DNA of 64,000 bases from Octopus bimaculoides (taxonomy: Eukaryota). The notes beneath the pieces are model-generated. The model made no database searches. It was not told the DNA's origin and saw only the letters and a list, made by a program, of their open reading frames with translations. The stretch is from NCBI RefSeq assembly GCF_001194135.2, contig NC_068982.1, positions 145,409,767-145,473,766 of the forward strand. The letters run 5' to 3'. Shown here in pieces: positions 61,546 through 64,000 of the stretch (position 1 is the stretch's first letter; every line of letters begins with the position of its first letter). The translations under genes were made by a program, and so were the position numbers.

Positions 61546-62829
61546 ATCTGATCTTCCATAATACTTTTGAATATACCAATTAGTGTAAAATGTCAGCCTC
61601 TTATACCAGTATCCAACTAACCCTAACACTAACCCTTCCAAGTGCCTTCCCGTCATGCAGTTTGCCTACAGCTACGATGAAAATTTCCGGGTCAATTGTA
61701 TGTTTAACTGTTGATGTTGGTACAAAATCTCTTTAGCGATTTAGCCACGATGCATTGAGATTGAAGTTCCTCTATTCAGTCCAGGTTTTCTACCTGATTG
61801 ATTCAAATTCTTGAGAGGAGGGCTTTCTTAACAGTAATATTTTCCATCTTCAGTTCTCTAAATACTGTCTGTGGGTTAGACGCATATTTGTGATTTGTAT
61901 GTGTGTAAATATGTATGCATGCATGTATGTATGTATGCATGTATGTATGTATGTCTGTATGTATTTATGTTTGTATGTGTGTGTGTATGTATGTGTGCGT
62001 GCTGTATGTGTGTGTATGTATTTATGTATGCATGTAGATACATGAATATATACTTAAATATATGTATGCACTGACACACATATACATATATATGTGTGTG
62101 TTGAACAAAAGGAAGTAAAAAATTCGATGACGCGACTGATATATAAGGCTCTATTATTTTGTAGTCATCCCTGTATTCCGTTATTCTTGTGAGGAATATG
62201 CAAGCAGTTGAAAGAAGAAATCGCATAGACTAGTGCGTGGTTTTGCTTACCTACAATCCATAAAACAAGTAGAATTATAGCAACCCAGTGTAGCTCTTAA
62301 TTGAGTTGTATGCAATTTAATGCAAAATAGTGCATGACAGTTTTATTAACTACTACGTATAGTTAATATTGTTAACTTTGGTAGAGTAAATTCCCGTTAT
62401 ATAAAAAGAATTACTCAACACAAGCCTCCATCACAAACGATGCACTTGTACTATCATTGAACATAACTCTCGTAATACACTTTTTGAACCAATTTTTGTG
62501 TGAACTGCTGTATCAGTTTATTCAAAACCACATTCAGCTTGTCTCTGCAATCAATTTATTGTCCCCGAAAAATGTTCGTCATTGGAACAAATATGTGGAC
62601 ATCAGAGAGTGCTATATCCTAGGTGTATGATAGGTTTGGGGCCACTAAATTGTCCGATTTGTAGACTGCCTAATTTGCTGCCAAAGATATGCGACTTCGC
62701 GCATTCACATGGTACATGTGAATCTTTTCCAAATTCTTGTCCGGCCCATTTCATTTGAATGACTTCTCTAAGCTTTTTTACTTTCTCAACGTACTACTCA
62801 CTTTTTTCATTACAGGTACGTTCCAGAAT

Positions 62830-63585
62830 GAAAGAGAATAACGCTCTTGTCAACCAACCACAAAAGATTCATGCAAATTGCAAGCTGTTGAATTTCTGAG
62901 ACCTTAAAGAAGAGGGGTGACGCTATTCCACTGAGAGAGCCCTCGTTTATGAATCAATAAAATGTTCACTGTACAGTTCCTCTCACAAGATGGGGGTCAA
63001 GCGAAACTTTATTAGATTCAAACGCTTGCAGCAGGTGAGAGCATACTTCTACAATTCTCTCCTTAAAGTAGGGTAACAAATATGAACATGCTCTGCACAG
63101 ACTTTCGGAAACCCAAAGTCTTCCATCATTTTCTATAATGGGATTGTAACCACATTTCCGTTGTGTAGTAGAATCAAAGATTAGGACTACACTTTCTGCA
63201 TGAATCAATATGTTTACTCGCTGATGAGTTTTGGCAGCAGTTTCTAGCCTCCTAGTGAGTCGTTTGTCTTCAATATTGGTTCCACTGCTTTAAGCATATT
63301 CATCCGTCTACGCGCAGAGCTCTTGTCAATGGTATTGAATTGCAGGCTCAAGGATTGGGACTAGTCTCTCCGCATAAAGTAATTTGTACGTTCGTTGACT
63401 AATTGTTGTCGCAGTTTACGATCTCCTAGAGCATGGTTTGTCTTAAATATTGGTTTTCCCTCCTTTCGTCTGTGCTCTTGTCAATAGCGTTATCTCCGTA
63501 AACAACCTGTAGTCTTCTCTTGATGTCGGAAAGTCTACTTTCCCCTTTGTCAAAATCTCAATGAGAGCAGCATGTTGTTTCTGCT
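62830..63585 (-). pseudogene. Decayed mariner transposase N-terminal half with internal duplication
   Basis: QQKQHAALIEILTKG, IKRRLQVVYGDNAIDKST (cf. IHRRL..VYG..AIDKSTV), DFGFPKVCAE (cf. LGFSKVCARW), ERIVEVCSHLLQAFE. Confidence 0.8.
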
Positions 63586-63949
63586 GGGAACCTTTTATTT
63601 TCTTGCTACAACGAAAAGCAGGAAGAAGAGTTAATATAAAGGAGGAACTACTGTACTAACATGCTTTTTGAATTACCTATATTGGATAATGAAAATAGTT
63701 TAAGTCCATTTTTCCATTAGCTGCAGTACAGCGTTTGTAAAAATCAATAAATGGCTTGAAGACTTTATGGATATTAGATGTACTTTAGGTTATTCGGTCT
63801 CGTGATAATCTAGTCAACTCTATTTGTACTGCAGATTATGATGTGACCCACACACATATATGGAAAAATATGACACACATTTATGTAGCATGTAAAATCA
63901 TACGTGTATCCTTCCTGCCTTACGTCGCAATGTGGATATATAGACAATA

Positions 63950-64000
<51 letters not shown>

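Overview
Eukaryotic, AT-rich, repeat-dominated draft-assembly window with several N gaps and very dense (TA)n/(CA)n/(TATC)n/(GA)n microsatellites. The three tRNA-derived SINE families and the microsatellite load resemble an octopus (coleoid cephalopod) genome; this is an inference from recalled repeat families, not a database result. No intact long protein-coding ORF is present, and most ORF-track entries are microsatellite or N-gap artefacts. The sequence supports: about 15 SINE copies or fragments (three families, two copies with target-site duplications); decayed transposase remnants (three mariner, one maT/DD37D, one hAT, one Helitron); non-LTR RT remnants (CR1/L2-group, R4/Dong-like, several Penelope-like elements [PLEs] including a Naiad-type piece); three foldback MITEs; and a Helentron-type non-autonomous element. 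Several short exon candidates with canonical splice sites suggest a host gene with long introns, but I cannot name it. The most interesting signals are minimal hammerhead-ribozyme motifs in short PLE/retrozyme-like repeats (24742-24778, 52571-52620, decayed copy at 51712-51743), a Helitron with permuted domain order, a maT/Naiad foldback chimera, and an unclassified 295-bp dispersed repeat with a CxxC-X26-CxxC reading frame.
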